From the NCBI RefSeq assembly GCF_963853765.1, contig NC_088854.1, forward strand, positions 33,108,001-33,172,000: a stretch of 64,000 nt of DNA, in the 5' to 3' direction. Under the pieces are notes generated by a model. It saw only the letters and a program-made list of their open reading frames with translations, had not been told where the DNA came from and ran no database searches. This DNA comes from Magallana gigas. Its lineage: Eukaryota. The position numbers and the translations under genes are program-made. Numbering within the stretch: position 1 is the first letter of the stretch; every line of letters starts with the position of its first letter. This document shows positions 11,901-25,044 of the stretch, piece by piece.

Positions 11901-14900
11901 TTCAGCAACTTCTGTTGACAGGTGGCTGACAAGTTGTACATGGTACAATATATAATTAATCTTACCCTCGGGCCTTTGAAGAAAAAAAAATCAGAAAACA
12001 CTTCAACATGAATAAGCTGTTTGTGCCGCTTTTCATCACATTTTTTGAGTGAATAAATAATCACCTTGCCTTTTCTTTAGATCCCCTACTTTGACCCATA
12101 TGTTCAATAGTGTAGTGAAATACTCATAATGTTGGGTGTATGTAAAACATATGGAAAACAGTTTCACAAAGAAAAGAATCCTATTTCATATACTAGCTTA
12201 CCAGAATATGTAGCTTGTGGACCTTCACTAAGATATTGTACAGTGTTGTAAAAAGAAGCAGATATATATCTTTTATGTACATGCAAATGGGCCCATCAAA
12301 GAACATTTTAAAAATCAAGTAAACTTGAAGGTTAAGCTCTTTTTGACATATCTCAAATATTTTGTTGAAGATTAACTTGACTGCATTTACTTACCCCATC
12401 ACTGGCAATGAGAAGTTGGCTAGCTGCAAATTTTTACTTTTGTTTCACCAGTTTTTGGTGGATTTTGTTGCTGAATTAATCAGACTTAAAATGACAATGA
12501 ATTCATGTATGTGAATATAACAAAGTTCCCAAACTAGATGTGTATAAATATAAACAAAACCAAAATATGTTGCAAATATGAAGATGAAAACATTTTAATG
12601 GAAGCGTGTACAAGAAAATAGTAGAAATTTTGAAAAAGTTGTGTACAAAACAGAGAGAGAGAGAGAGGGGCCAGTAATGGGGACAACTTAAACTTGGCGT
12701 AAACAAAATGAAGATGGATGACAGCATATCCCATCTGTCAGGCTCGTGTTTCACCGTTTACAGGACCTACAGTACAGAATTTGACAGCTCTGTGGTAATT
12801 TTAACAGAAGCAAGTCTTTATCCACATCATCTTTGATTACCTGCAGCGATATCATGGCTCACTTGCTATGCTACTGTCTGTCGATCTTTTTTTCAATCTG
12901 TGCTAGCAATATACATGTACAGTATGTACTGCATGATTACGAATATTGATTGCAGTTATTAACAGCGTTTTCAAATTTTAGTGAAGTTTTATTTATTGAT
13001 TATTGGATATACATTTCAATCTACCGGTATATGCTGGTGTTTATGTAACTTTAAATTTGTAAATCATTTATAAACTCCAGAGACACATGATTGTGAAATC
13101 AAGTGGAAGATTTTTTAACATTGGGCGATAATCACTCACAGTTTTAAACCATATGTATTCAACTCTACTTAAGATACAGTCAGAATACATTTTAAATCCA
13201 ATAGGTTTATAAATTTAGGAGAAAATTCCCCGATCCCTCCCACCCTCAATGCTTAGAATGTATGTAAGTTTCCTGTACTTTCATCAATTAAAGTCTACAT
13301 TTGAAGTTGATGAAATGATGCAGATCAAAGATCAATTTGTTTTCACGAAATTAATACATTTCCTGCTAATGAATGTGACCGAGTCAGAAGGTGGGAGGAG
13401 GAGAGGTTGAAATCCCTCCATCTTTATGTTTTCGCCCCAAACATCTCATTAACTCGCTCAAAGAAAGGTGCAATGTGTTTTGTATATATACTTGTTTAAC
13501 CCTAAGGTGAAAGGTCATTTGTTCATGTCACCATTCCAAGCTCATAAAGAATGAGATGACTGGGTTGAGCAGGGCTGTCAGATCTTGTTGCTCTGTGATG
13601 GGTTGCAGGTCATACCGACTGAACTTTTCAAGGGGGAGGGGGGCTGGAGGGAGAGAAAGAGAACAATCTACAATAACTGTTAAACAAAAATTGTTGTGAT
13701 TGAAACACTGTTATACATATATACATATCACATGATTATAAGACTGAATTTTGGAAAGGTGTATATATTTTTATAAGTTGTTTTTATATACTTATAACTA
13801 CATTAATTAATTGTCAGGTATAGTCATTTTGAAGAAAATGAAGAATTTATGTTATACATGTACATGTACTTTTCTTTTCTCTTAGTTGTTCTTGGTAAGA
13901 ATTATGTATATTTGTCATTTTGATAATTTGGACGTATTTTTTGTGTCGTTTCAGAATAGAGAAAGAGTACACAGCTCTGAAAAGCAAAGAAAATGAAGAT
14001 CAGATAGAACTAAGGGTAAAGTTCAGTTTGTATGGTGTTTTTATGGTAACATTGATCAATGAGTTATCAGCCAAAAAATTGTTAAACTGAGTGAGTTGCA
14101 GTTTGATTTCACATCTTACATCTTGTAAAAAGAAATTTTGGGGTGTTTCTTTCTTGGAATTTCTTGTGATCATTTTTTGCAACTTCATTAAAAAATATTG
14201 CATCCGGCAATAAAAACTCCAGACAGAGAATTGACAAAAATAATGATAAAGAATGAAAGCATTTACTTTCTTTTTGAGTTCTTATGGTTTGGATTTTTTT
14301 TTTCCAGAGGTTAAGAACCGAAAACAGATTACTTAGACAACGAATTGAGGCCCTTGAAAAGGTATTACCAGTATTTATTTGCAATAATCTACAGTGATAA
14401 TGAGCTTGTATAAAATATATAATATATGTAAATTAATGGCAGCCAATTTCTGTTTTAATACTGTACCTTGTGTTGATATAGAAATAAATACATTAATATT
14501 CATATTTTGAACATGGACAGTTTAGTATAACATTGGTTTGTTTTTGATAGTACAATGTGTGGTTATATTAATTAATTAATGGATACATTGTACCTATAAT
14601 GTACATTCACGCTGTATAACGCTGGTTATGTGATATTTACAGGAGTCTGCATCGTTAGCTGATAGGCTGATCCAGTACCAGGTGACCAGAGCACAGGAAG
14701 CGGAGGAAACCTACGCCCTAAAAAACAATCTGTCAACAACAAAGCAGAAGCTCGTTGATACATCGCGAAAACTCGAGGAGGCGAACACCCTGATCGGGGA
14801 CATTAAGGATCGGGTTAGTATAAACGGAGGGGAAAATTATAGAAACTACTGGCCTTATAGACAAAACCTCAATAGAATATCTTATACCATAACCAATAAT

Positions 14901-17900
14901 AACGATATTATTAAATATAATTACATTATTATTAAATTCACATTTTCATACATATATATGCTTCTTCATTGCATTTTAGTGGCATATTCTTTATTAGTTA
15001 CCAATATTGTATTAATTGTATATTGAAATAATGTCATAAATAGTCTTTAACTGCTCAAAATGAAAGTATATTATATATCCATCAATTATTCTGTTGAAGA
15101 TGAACTTGGTAGCAGTAAGTTTTGAGTCCAACAGAATATATTTATAGTGTCCTGGTGCACAGGCCTTGTACTCAGATTATCTAGCACCGACCTCAGCCAG
15201 TCCTTCTTATGCAAAGTACTTCCAATATACATGTACATACGCCTTTGTCACTTGTTTATGTTTGATCAAGCATATTATCGATCAAGTATATTATCCATGT
15301 CATTGTGCATCGTCTCTTTTTTTAAAAAAAATTGGACAACAAGGGTGCATTTACCGGGTATATTACGGGAAATTATTTGTTTGTTTTTGTATTCATCAAA
15401 GTGTAAGATACATGTTTTTTTTGTAAAAAGGAAGATGTTCTCAATATCAATGTGCATGGTCTACCATTATAAATGTGTATGCCTTTATTAATCTATAATT
15501 TTTTTTAACATAAAATTAAAAAAAAGGAGAAGGAATAACTATATGTACCATATTTTATTCTTTTAAAGTGTGTTGCAGTATTTTAAATCCTTTAAAATAT
15601 TTCTCACTCTGCTCTCTGGTTTATGCATCCAAAATAAAATATACGCACTATTATACCTTATAAGTGTATTTCCAAACACTTATATCTTGCACTTGTATTA
15701 AAAACATAGAAATTGTGTAATTATCAGAATTGTACAACTTGCAAAAAATTTCAAAATGTTCAATATGCTATTTTGTTTGTATATGTATAGCAGTTACATA
15801 TGTACATTAAATCTGTTATTTGTAAATGTTATGATATTTTTTGTCTGATTTCAGACGAGCAGTATAACCTCGGCCTCCTCATTAGATGAGGATGAGGCAC
15901 AGACGGTGATCGGTCACCTTCAGGAGGAGTTGATTGCTCTACGCCTCAGGGACGCCGACACAGAATCCCTGGTCAAGGAGCTCCGCACCAAAATCAGGGA
16001 GTTAGAAGAGGTACAGCGTCTCATAATGGAAAGAGAACTGTAGTACTGATCTTTGTTTATGTTTAAAACTGTTATTTTGTTTCGGTTATTTTTTGCCATG
16101 ATCTAATTTTTTGCCTTTTCACAATCACTATCGCATACATACAATACACAGAAATTTTATCTGGCATTTTATGTTACATGTATTAAAAAAGTACTACTTA
16201 AATCACCAAAAATGACCTATGCAAATAAAATAAGATACAGATTCACCCCATTCTCACAATGGAATTTTATTGTAAAAATAAACCAAAAAAAATCATAATT
16301 TACAGTACATATGTATACTGCAGTAACAACTTTGTCTAAAATTGTTTTCGTTTGAAATCTTGTTGATAAGTTTATTTGACTGAAACATGGTTAATTTTTC
16401 TTCCCTCCAAACACAGACCAACATACAGTTGCAGAAAGCTCCTAGTAATGATGTTCAACATTTACAAGAGGAGCTAATTGCTGTCAAACTGCGGGAAGCT
16501 GAGGCCAACCTTTCTCTGAAGGAGATGAAACATAAAGTGTACGATCTGGAGTCTCAATGGGAGGTAACTCATACCATCTACAAATAAAGTGGAATTTTTC
16601 TTTTCTTTTTTTTTTTTGCAATTTATAATTGTTCACATAGACATTCATACACACACTCATACAATCTCAACAGGAATATACAATAAAAAGCTTGAGGAAA
16701 TATATCGTTTGCTTTAACTTCTCATATCATCATCATTTAGAGAATTAATGAACAATAGGCGTGGCAAGACTAAAGAATGAGAAGAATAAATTTTCCTATT
16801 TGTACCGTTGTGGATGGAAAATGTTTTAAAAATTTTATTAAGAAGAATATTGAATTTAGATTATTATTTTTGGATTTTTTCAGGAATTCATCATCAAATC
16901 CAATCAGGATCCCTCCTCCCCGAAAGATAAAAATAGTAACAAACACGAGGTTCGGCAGCTCCAGGAGGAGTTGATGTCGGTCAAGATTCGAGAGGCTGGG
17001 TGTCTGTCCGAGCTGAAAGAAACCAAGCAGAAGGTCATGGAATTCGAAACTCAGGTAACCATTTACTCACTGTTTTAAGTTTGGTCTTTTTTACAGTTTT
17101 TTTGTTGCATCTTACCGGTAGAATAAACAGTGTTAGTTATTAGAACAGATTCATTGAGGAAAAAACTATGGAGAAGATTTAAAAAATGAGTGTACAAAAA
17201 AAAAATTGCTTTGAAGATTTAATACCTCAAATTTAAAAAAAAGGATTTTTAAAAAATCAGTTAACAGTCACCAAGAATTAATTTTGTTTACCAGACAAAA
17301 GTTAACCTTATATATACCAACCTCTTAACTGGATTTATAATGACTTGTAGAACCATATATGCACCAATCAAATTAGAAGAATGGACGAGGAGAACAAGAC
17401 GCTGAAGTCGCAGCTCGAACTCCACGAGGCGCAGGAGAAGGACCTCCAGAACCAGATCAAGGACCTCTCCCGGAAGCTGGACAACCTCGAGGCCCAGGTA
17501 AGTACAGGTGTACCACGGAACTAATTTATACAGATGTAACACTTAAATACGAACACATACCTGGTAATAGTCCTTGTGATTGAACATTCTGCCCTCTTTT
17601 TTTTAAATGTTGTTAAGAAATGAAAAACTTCGAATTCTTTTACATTGACTGAACCAAAATTTTAATATTCAAACAGAAAGCACTAAATTTTCAAAGCAAG
17701 ACTGTAATATGGCACTAAAATTGTCAGAGCTGAACTTGAAAGTGCACTCATGTTTTCTGTTTATATTTGTCAGTGACAGAAGAATTAGAGAATGTCTCTT
17801 TTGTCAACAAATTTTGTATATAAGTACATTAAACTTATGAAATCTTCATTATGGTGTATATTTACAGTAATTATAGATATCTTTTGAAGAAGTTGAACTG

Positions 17901-20462
17901 ATATTTTGTAGAGAAAGGAAGAATCCATGATGATGAGAATCAAAGATGCCGAGCAGGCTCAGTCGCTGGCTGAACTTAATCGGAAGATAGCTGAACTTGA
18001 AATCCAGGTAATTTCAACTGCATTCATAGGTGATGTATTAAAGTATTAAAGTCATGGTTTATCTATATTCTGTTCTTATTTTTTCTTGTAACAATACATT
18101 TTTTGTAATTAGTGCAAAGTCGGTGTTATTAATCAATGTAAGGTATTTTAATACACATAAAAAATATGTGGCAGTATTTTAAATTTTGGCGAAACAGTTC
18201 ACAAATATTTTTAAGTTAATATGTCTTTAAGTTTTAAGGTATTTGTAAAGCTATAGTTAAAGTTAGTTGAAACTAAACAATAGCCACTATACAGTATTGA
18301 TAATGTGTGTGAAATTTTTAAAGAATTTTTGAAATTAAAACCTTTACAGAAGGAAGAACTCCTGACAGCCGATAGGTTGGATGCCAAAGATGGCAGCCAG
18401 GACCTAGCCAACCAAATCTACGATCTACAAGATGAAGTATGTCAGGTTGATGCATGTGGCTCTTCTGCACTCAGTGACCCTAGCGTGTGGGTGTTCTAAC
18501 CTTTCCACCTTTTTAACTCTCTTGTGGCTGCATCTACATGTATATGTTTCACACCATAATGAAATCATCAGATTTATAAATGACAAGTTTGAAAATTATC
18601 AAGAAATTCATATTTTATCTTTAAACTTTGCAAAGATAATATGTACCTATTTGTTTAAATGAAAATATAATTGTCTCCATAACATGTGACTAATTTAAGA
18701 TACTAATTTCAGTTGGATAGAATTCTAGTTTTGTAGTTTTCAAAAGATGTCTTTGGTTGGGTTGAGTTTTATGGGGTTTTTTGGAGGGGGGGGGGGGGGC
18801 TGCATGCTTTAATTTGCTTTTTTGACAAGGAGGGCAAGATTGTTGTTGGGCTTTTGTTTCGGTGTTTTGTTGAGCACATTGTTGTGGCATAAATCATAAA
18901 TAGAAAAAATTTATTATGTCAGTTACACAGTTACACAGCTATGCTAACTACTCCCAAATCTTTATTATGCATCTGCCTAGTTTTAAACATACAGGATTCT
19001 TTTACATGCAGTTGTTAAGATTCATCCACATAAGTACTTGTGTTGGAAAGAAATACTTGTACAGTGCTCAAATTTTCAGGGCAATTTATATTTAAATTTT
19101 TTGGAATTTATGTTTGATGATTTAAAAAAAAACAACTTTGAATTCAAGAAGGATTGCTTTGGTTTGGAGTATTGTTTTATTGCTTTGCTTTGTTTTTGAG
19201 CAGTGAATGGGTAGGTTCCTATATTGAAGAGAGGAAAGTCTTTCAAAGAGCATTCCTATTAGTACTTTCATTTTTTGCTTATTTCTTCCATTCTCTCTAA
19301 TGTAAACTATACAACTATGCTAGATATCTTCTTATAGGAAAAAGTATTTATGAAGTGTTAGTATATATCATTGTAACTTTCCACCTTTACCTGTTACCAT
19401 ATAAATGTACTAATACAGAACAACTATCAGTGTACTTCTACCATATTATTTTTATAGTTCTGTGCATTAAAGGTATTTCTTTGATACTCTTAACAACTCT
19501 CATGCCTTTAACAAATTATTCAAGATACATGTACATTCCAGATTACAAATAGACATATATCTAAATTTGCTCATCTCAAAATTTATGGAAATACATAGTT
19601 AATAATATGATACTCAGAGCAGATGTACTTTTGATTATGAATTCTAATTCAATTAAGTTAGGTACATTGTAAAGTATGATGAATTATTTCTTTTATTTTT
19701 TTTTGGAATTTCAGTTTTAATTTCTTTCAAAAAACTTTAACTTTGATTTTATTAATGTTTATGTCATTTTAAACTTTATTTTGGTTTTCCCCCCCATCTT
19801 TTGATTAATATTATATAATGATGTAGAATGATCTAAGACAAAAAATGTTTGATCGAATAAATGCGAAAGGAAACAACTCATTATATAATTTATTACATAT
19901 AACATATCAATGGTAAAGTTTCATTGTTCATCTGTTTGTTCAGGTACTCCAACTGAGGCTATCCCACAATTCATCAGGTCCAAAACCATCCTTTCGCAAC
20001 GGTTCATTAAGTGACAGTGATGAGGATAGTGATGAAGACTTGGAAAATCCAGACACCTTAAACCGAACATTGTCCGACATTATTGAGGGCAGGTCCTCTT
20101 CCAGTGTCTTATCCTCCTCTTTGATCAACAGTTCATCTCCCACTAAACAAACAACGAAATCCTCGCATGAGGACCAGCTTTCGGAGGGACAGCAAACGAA
20201 GGGAGAAGAACAGTGTATAGAAACTCTGTCACCCATCTGTTCCCCCAACAAAGTTCAAAGTTCAAAACTGATCAGTGACTGTGATAAAGAATTGGGTCAG
20301 ACAGACAACGGTGCTTTAGTTAAGCCATTACTAACTAATGGGACTGGTGCAAAGGCAACAGACTTTTGTAATGAGGTTCCCAATGGGGAAGTCAGCAGAG
20401 TTAGTTCAGAGCTTGGCGTGTCTGCTGATCAAATACGCTCAACCCAAAACAGTGTGTCATAG
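794..20462 (+). CDS. EVI5: EVI5/EVI5-like Rab GTPase-activating protein (TBC domain + long coiled coil); 5' end lies outside the window
   Basis: Frame-consistent GT-AG exons: 794-1018, 1266-1340, 1733-1858, 2716-2859, 3203-3292, 3744-3841, 13955-14015, 14308-14361, 14643-14813, 15855-16010, 16417-16563, 16884-17054, 17351-17497, 17912-18007, 18350-18436, then the terminal exon 19944-20462 with the stop (~788 aa in window). TBC motifs GIPHHFRGLAWQ, IRRDIARTFP, VGYCQG, MYASSWFLTLYA are followed by EVI5-type KKMKKIEKEY, RLRTENRLLRQRIEALEKESASLADRLIQ and EELIAVKLREAEA. Confidence 0.93.
1865..2234 (+). mobile_element. Non-autonomous palindromic repeat element (~370 bp) with 60-bp internal hairpin arms; superfamily unassigned
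   Basis: Arms 1875-1934 and 1948-2007 are near-perfect reverse complements around a 13-nt loop. A homologous copy in opposite orientation lies at 37108-37500. Confidence 0.8.
2942..2974. repeat. (CT)n microsatellite
   Basis: Uninterrupted CT run in an EVI5 intron. Confidence 0.95.
4448..4585. mobile_element. MITE-like fold-back element (~59-bp imperfect arms, 20-nt spacer)
   Basis: atctggcctggggg...gtctcactttt is reverse-complementary to aaaagtgagact...ccccaggccagat. Confidence 0.7.
4805..5031. mobile_element. TA-flanked MITE (TACTGTGG...CCACAGTA type), degenerate left end
   Basis: Ends taatgtggaatcat / atgaatccacagta form an imperfect terminal inverted repeat. Confidence 0.65.
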
Positions 20463-20804
20463 TGTTCGGAGCAACTGTGAAATTGTTTCTTGTTCAGTTA
20501 AGGATAAATCATTAACTCTTCAAAGTGCTTTTAATTGATAATGTTTTTTTGTGAGTAAATTTTATTTATGTCTAGGGAAAGATAATGGAGTTACGATATA
20601 AGATAAAGGAAGTGATTACCTTTAAGTGTTCTGATCCGTTTTCGGTTTAAATGAATTGCGTAATGCCCACCATGCTGTATGTTTTTTGGTACTTGTTATA
20701 TATTTACTGTTATGAAATGTAATATGCATTTCTTTATTGTTGAAAGTTTACTTATTTTCTATGCTTATGGTTTAATTGAAAATTGAATATAAGTTCTCAA
20801 TTGA

Positions 20805-20810
20805 AATAAA
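20805..20810 (+). promoter_or_regulatory. Candidate polyadenylation signal of EVI5
   Basis: AATAAA ~340 bp after the stop at 20462, with more AATAAA copies nearby; actual use unknown. Confidence 0.4.
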
Positions 20811-21996
20811 TAAAATTCATTACTCTGAATGGACAAAAAAATAAATAAGAATAAAATTTTCTTTATAGGAGAACATGTATTTTGTTTGAAAGATTTTGGA
20901 AATTTAAAAATATATCATTAGCTCTTGAACACGCAGGCATGTACCGGTAATTCAACATATGTAAACCTAATCTGTCATGTTAAAAAATATATCAGATTAA
21001 AACCTAATTAGTATGGCACATATTTGGATATTCCTTTAATATAAAGTGATTGCTATTCCAACCAATGATATATGTACATTTATTCTCATTAAATCACTTT
21101 CAAAATCATGTACCAGTATACGAAGAACAGATGTATATTATAAAAAGATTATAAAAAAAGTTATTTTTCCTGTTGCTTAAAATATATTTGTGTATAGCAG
21201 CTAAAAAAATGGGAACTTTGCTTTTTATGTAGGTAGCTGTTTTATAGGGAAGAGAACAAAAAAATGTTTTGTCACTGGAAGACTGAATCATCATTGTTAG
21301 CAATGTTTTGTAAATACTCAAAAGAGAGTCTTTATGTGCCAAAGAAATCTGTTTGTTGCATAGTTTTCTTCAAGTGTGTGTGATAGATGTAGATAAGATT
21401 AGTTACTAGCAATGCAGCATTTCAAGCCATGGATAGAAGTCTGCATTATCTCTCTCTCCTCCAGTAGTCAGGGGTTTCGTTCAGTTCTTTTGATTGTTCA
21501 GTTTTTTTTATTTCAACGATGCAAGATATGGCTACAGTAAATTAATATTTTCGGAGGTTTTTCTTAGAGGAATATAATGGTTTCTGCATATCAAGCAGGA
21601 ATTATTTTCTTCCTTGTTATTGTTAAAAGCATTTTTTTTTTGGAGGGGGGGGGTGGATTCTTAAAAATTGCTGTAGTTAATTCATTGACAGTATTGTGGT
21701 TTCCCCATTCACTAAATTTACCTCCCTTGTCAGTTCTCTCCCCATTTTCTAATAAATTTAAAAATTTGAAGTTTGCTTTAAGTTTGGCAAATGGTTACAA
21801 AGTATACTGCAATTTACTCTTTGACACATAATCAATACTGCTTTCACCTCTGTTACTTAATGTATTGATGTTTTTGCAATATGAAATTTATGACATGATA
21901 TTATTTTTCCTAACCAATATGGGCAATGTGAGATGTTTGTCACAGTCAATATCTACAATCTATTTTAGGAGATATTTTTTTTTCTTAATACAGCAA

Positions 21997-22187
21997 TACA
22001 CCCCTTCACGATAACTGCGGTACTGCTCTCTTGGGGGGGAGGGGGGGGGGGGAATTGATATACCGTTACTTTACCAAAGTTTTAGTTGGTAGATAATTAA
22101 ATGAATTAATAAAACAATTGATGTTACGTCATATTTTACCAAACTACGTCATTTTGAACTGTATCGCAGTTATCATGAAGGGGTCTA
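21997..22187. mobile_element. MITE with ~27-bp terminal inverted repeats
   Basis: tacaccccttcacgataactgcggtac pairs with gtatcgcagttatcatgaaggggtcta. Confidence 0.75.
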
Positions 22188-22573
22188 TGTGTTACTTTGT
22201 GTGAATGATGTTTAATTTTTTTTTTCCCTTAAACTTCTTCAAATGAAAGCCAGGATCTGTTGGTTGTGATTAAAAAATATGTAGATAAAAACATATAGGC
22301 CTATATGATATGGTAAAAAAAAAGCATGAAAACTCGTGTTATCTGTGCAAACATATTTTTTTATGAATTAAATGTTTACTTATTATAATCTGCCAGTAGG
22401 TTGTAACCCTGTTACTTCCCTTTAATGTATTTTTGAATTTTCTGAATGAGGTACTTTGTTCTGAATACTAGTATCATTCTGTGTCGATTGAAACATGTTA
22501 TATTTAAATTAACTTTGACATTAAAAAGAAAAAAAATATGGATATGCCACTTGTGTTTTTTTTTATTTTTTTA

Positions 22574-22598
22574 AGAGAGAGAGAGAGAGAGAGAGAGA
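22574..22598. repeat. (AG)n microsatellite
   Basis: Uninterrupted AG run. Confidence 0.9.
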
Positions 22599-23523
22599 TT
22601 AGTTTTTGTTGGATATGCTCACTCCTGCCCCCTGTTGCAATTGGTACGTACCTGCTACTTTTATATTTGGAAGCTTCTGCATTTTTCAAATATCATTTCC
22701 CTTTCAAAACCTACGGAACACAGAGATAATGTAAATTTCTATTTGATTTTAATCAAAGTACTGAGAGTATTTAAAGTACATGGGTGGCGTGGGTGACATG
22801 AAGTGTATGAGATTATTTGTGTGAAAATCTTACGTGTGACGTTATGAAAAATTTGAGAGATGGTCTTATTTTCTTTCTTGTAAATAATAGATATTCTACC
22901 AGCATAAATATGACGAGATAGTGTGCTTACCCGGCTTTTGTGTTTAATACCCTAAATATAAACGTGTCTGTGTGTGTAGAGAGAGAGATCTCGCCAAGTA
23001 AAGAAGGAAATAAAGTGATCGATATTATATAAATAGATCTAACTTTCGTGACACGGACAACTCTCTGATAATGTTAAATGTTTAACTCGTATCTACATAT
23101 CTATAATGCAGACAGAGGAATATTATACATAACTCTAATAGAAACAATCGGCAATACAAGTACTCAACATGACAAAGTTGTTTAGACATGCTTTGATCGA
23201 AGTGTTGAGCCGACCACGTCAAATTTTAAATTAAAAAATGGCAACTGAACATTTTGGTATATGTTTTTGATATTACAGACGTAGATTTATACATGTTCAG
23301 CACGCCTAATTCAGTATCTTCCCGATTAGTCATAATTATTCAAACTATTGAAACAAGGAAGCTTTTCGAATGGAACGGAAGAGCTTGTTGAAACTATACT
23401 TGCAAGTTATATTTAAAGCTAAAAATTTTCAATTTTCATCCCGAAGAATTATCAAAGCGTAGTACTCCGAGTTAAAATTTGTGTGGAATAGTTCGATCTA
23501 TTTAGATCACATTTTCAACACAG

Positions 23524-25044
23524 ATGGATGAACAAGTAGATATTTCGTGTCCAATTTGTGCCTACCAATTTTCTACCCCGGACAAAGTGCCCAAACTTCT
23601 GCCTTGTTACCACACGATCTGTAGTCCCTGTATCGACAGCATCATCGCCTCTACTCCACTCAACTCTGATTCCACCATCAAGTGTCCTATATGCAGACAG
23701 GGCGCCAACATTCCGAAAAATGGAGTCGAAGGATTTTTTGACAATTTTTTTAGATCCGCCCCACAGCAAGAGGAAACGTGTGATATATGCGGTGCGCAAG
23801 ATACTCGCAAGCTAGAACATTGTAAGGAGTGCTTAAGTTTACTCTGTGTGTCCTGTGGCGATGCTCATCATCATCAAAAAACGTCAAAGCACGATGAAGT
23901 TGAAACTAGCGACAGCGAAGGTGAAGTCTCTCGCGATTCCCTTTTTATTCGAGAGACTGGAAAACATTATGTTAATTCCGTCAGAACGGCTTTCTTCGGA
24001 TTTCACAGTACGACATTCAAATGTAGTAATTTTGAAAGCATTCGAAAGATCATTCCAAGCGAAGAGGGTGAATGTTGGGTTTTAACGAACCGGCCATATG
24101 TTTCCAGATTTTCAAATAGTGGAAAAGAGACGTTCCGGAAATACGTCGAAAGCGTTCCTCAGGATATAGCTCGCCACAGCAATGGTGCTCTTGTGTTGGC
24201 CTTTCCCGACGGTAAAGTAATGCTTCTTGACGGACAAGATCTCAAAAATGTCACAATTACCGAAAATAGTCCATCTGCAGTATGTGCATATCAAGATGGT
24301 CGCCTGCTAATAGCAACTCGACCTCACTCTGGAAACACCCATCTCAGAAACTGTAGCCTACTGATTACTGACCAGTCGATGAAAAATATCCGTCCGTTGC
24401 ATGTAGATGCTGATCTTCGGGAAGTGTCATCTATCACAGTCAACGAGAATAATGGACAAATAGCTCTTTGTGAAACCTCGAAAAAATGCGTTTACCTGGT
24501 TTACTACAGCAGAAAGGGGCACAGGAGTCAAAACGTTAAAGAATACAGAGGCACCAAAAATCTGTTACGAATAGAACAAACCGAGGACAGCGTCACTTTT
24601 ACGGAGAATTCATTTTTCCAACCTCGCTCTGTATCGTGTGACCAAAACGATAATTTTTATGTATTAGACGCCGGTACTAACCTTATCCACGTTCTTAACG
24701 AAAAAGCTGATTTGCAGGCCATTGTGTTGGCAGAAGTTAATGGCAACATTTACTGTTTCAACGTTGATTCATATGAAAATCTTTGGATTGGCGACATGTC
24801 GGGGCAAATTCGGGTTTTTAAAATGGAACTGCGCAATTTCTTGGACGAGAGTCAGCGGGGTTCCGGGAGTATAAGGATTCCTGCCGGCCTACTAGACGGT
24901 TCCCTTATGGGATCAATCTCGTCAGAAGATCTAGGCAGAATGGGGTTGCATAGATTATCTGATGGTTTCAGGGACTTCCTCAGATCGTCAACTTCAGAGG
25001 AACCTTCTAGAATACAAGACAGTTTTACTAGGAACATATTTTGA
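23524..25044 (+). CDS. Single-exon RING (C3HC4) + B-box + NHL/TolB-like beta-propeller protein, TRIM/NHL-like E3 ligase, 506 aa (paralogue 1)
   Basis: 506-aa ORF. RING: CPIC..CYHTICSPC..CPIC. B-box type 1: CDIC..CKEC..LCVSCGDAH. Propeller-like repeats follow (DIARHSNGALVLA, SITVNENNGQIALCE, PRSVSCDQNDNFYVLD). An acceptor-like ttttcaacacag sits directly before the ATG. Confidence 0.88.
   Translation: MDEQVDISCPICAYQFSTPDKVPKLLPCYHTICSPCIDSIIASTPLNSDSTIKCPICRQGANIPKNGVEGFFDNFFRSAPQQEETCDICGAQDTRKLEHCKECLSLLCVSCGDAHHHQKTSKHDEVETSDSEGEVSRDSLFIRETGKHYVNSVRTAFFGFHSTTFKCSNFESIRKIIPSEEGECWVLTNRPYVSRFSNSGKETFRKYVESVPQDIARHSNGALVLAFPDGKVMLLDGQDLKNVTITENSPSAVCAYQDGRLLIATRPHSGNTHLRNCSLLITDQSMKNIRPLHVDADLREVSSITVNENNGQIALCETSKKCVYLVYYSRKGHRSQNVKEYRGTKNLLRIEQTEDSVTFTENSFFQPRSVSCDQNDNFYVLDAGTNLIHVLNEKADLQAIVLAEVNGNIYCFNVDSYENLWIGDMSGQIRVFKMELRNFLDESQRGSGSIRIPAGLLDGSLMGSISSEDLGRMGLHRLSDGFRDFLRSSTSEEPSRIQDSFTRNIF

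Noticed and set aside
12708-12837. Short ORF MKMDDSISHLSGSCF... in the EVI5 intron
   Set aside because: Available donors give phase 0 or 1, incompatible with exon 13955.
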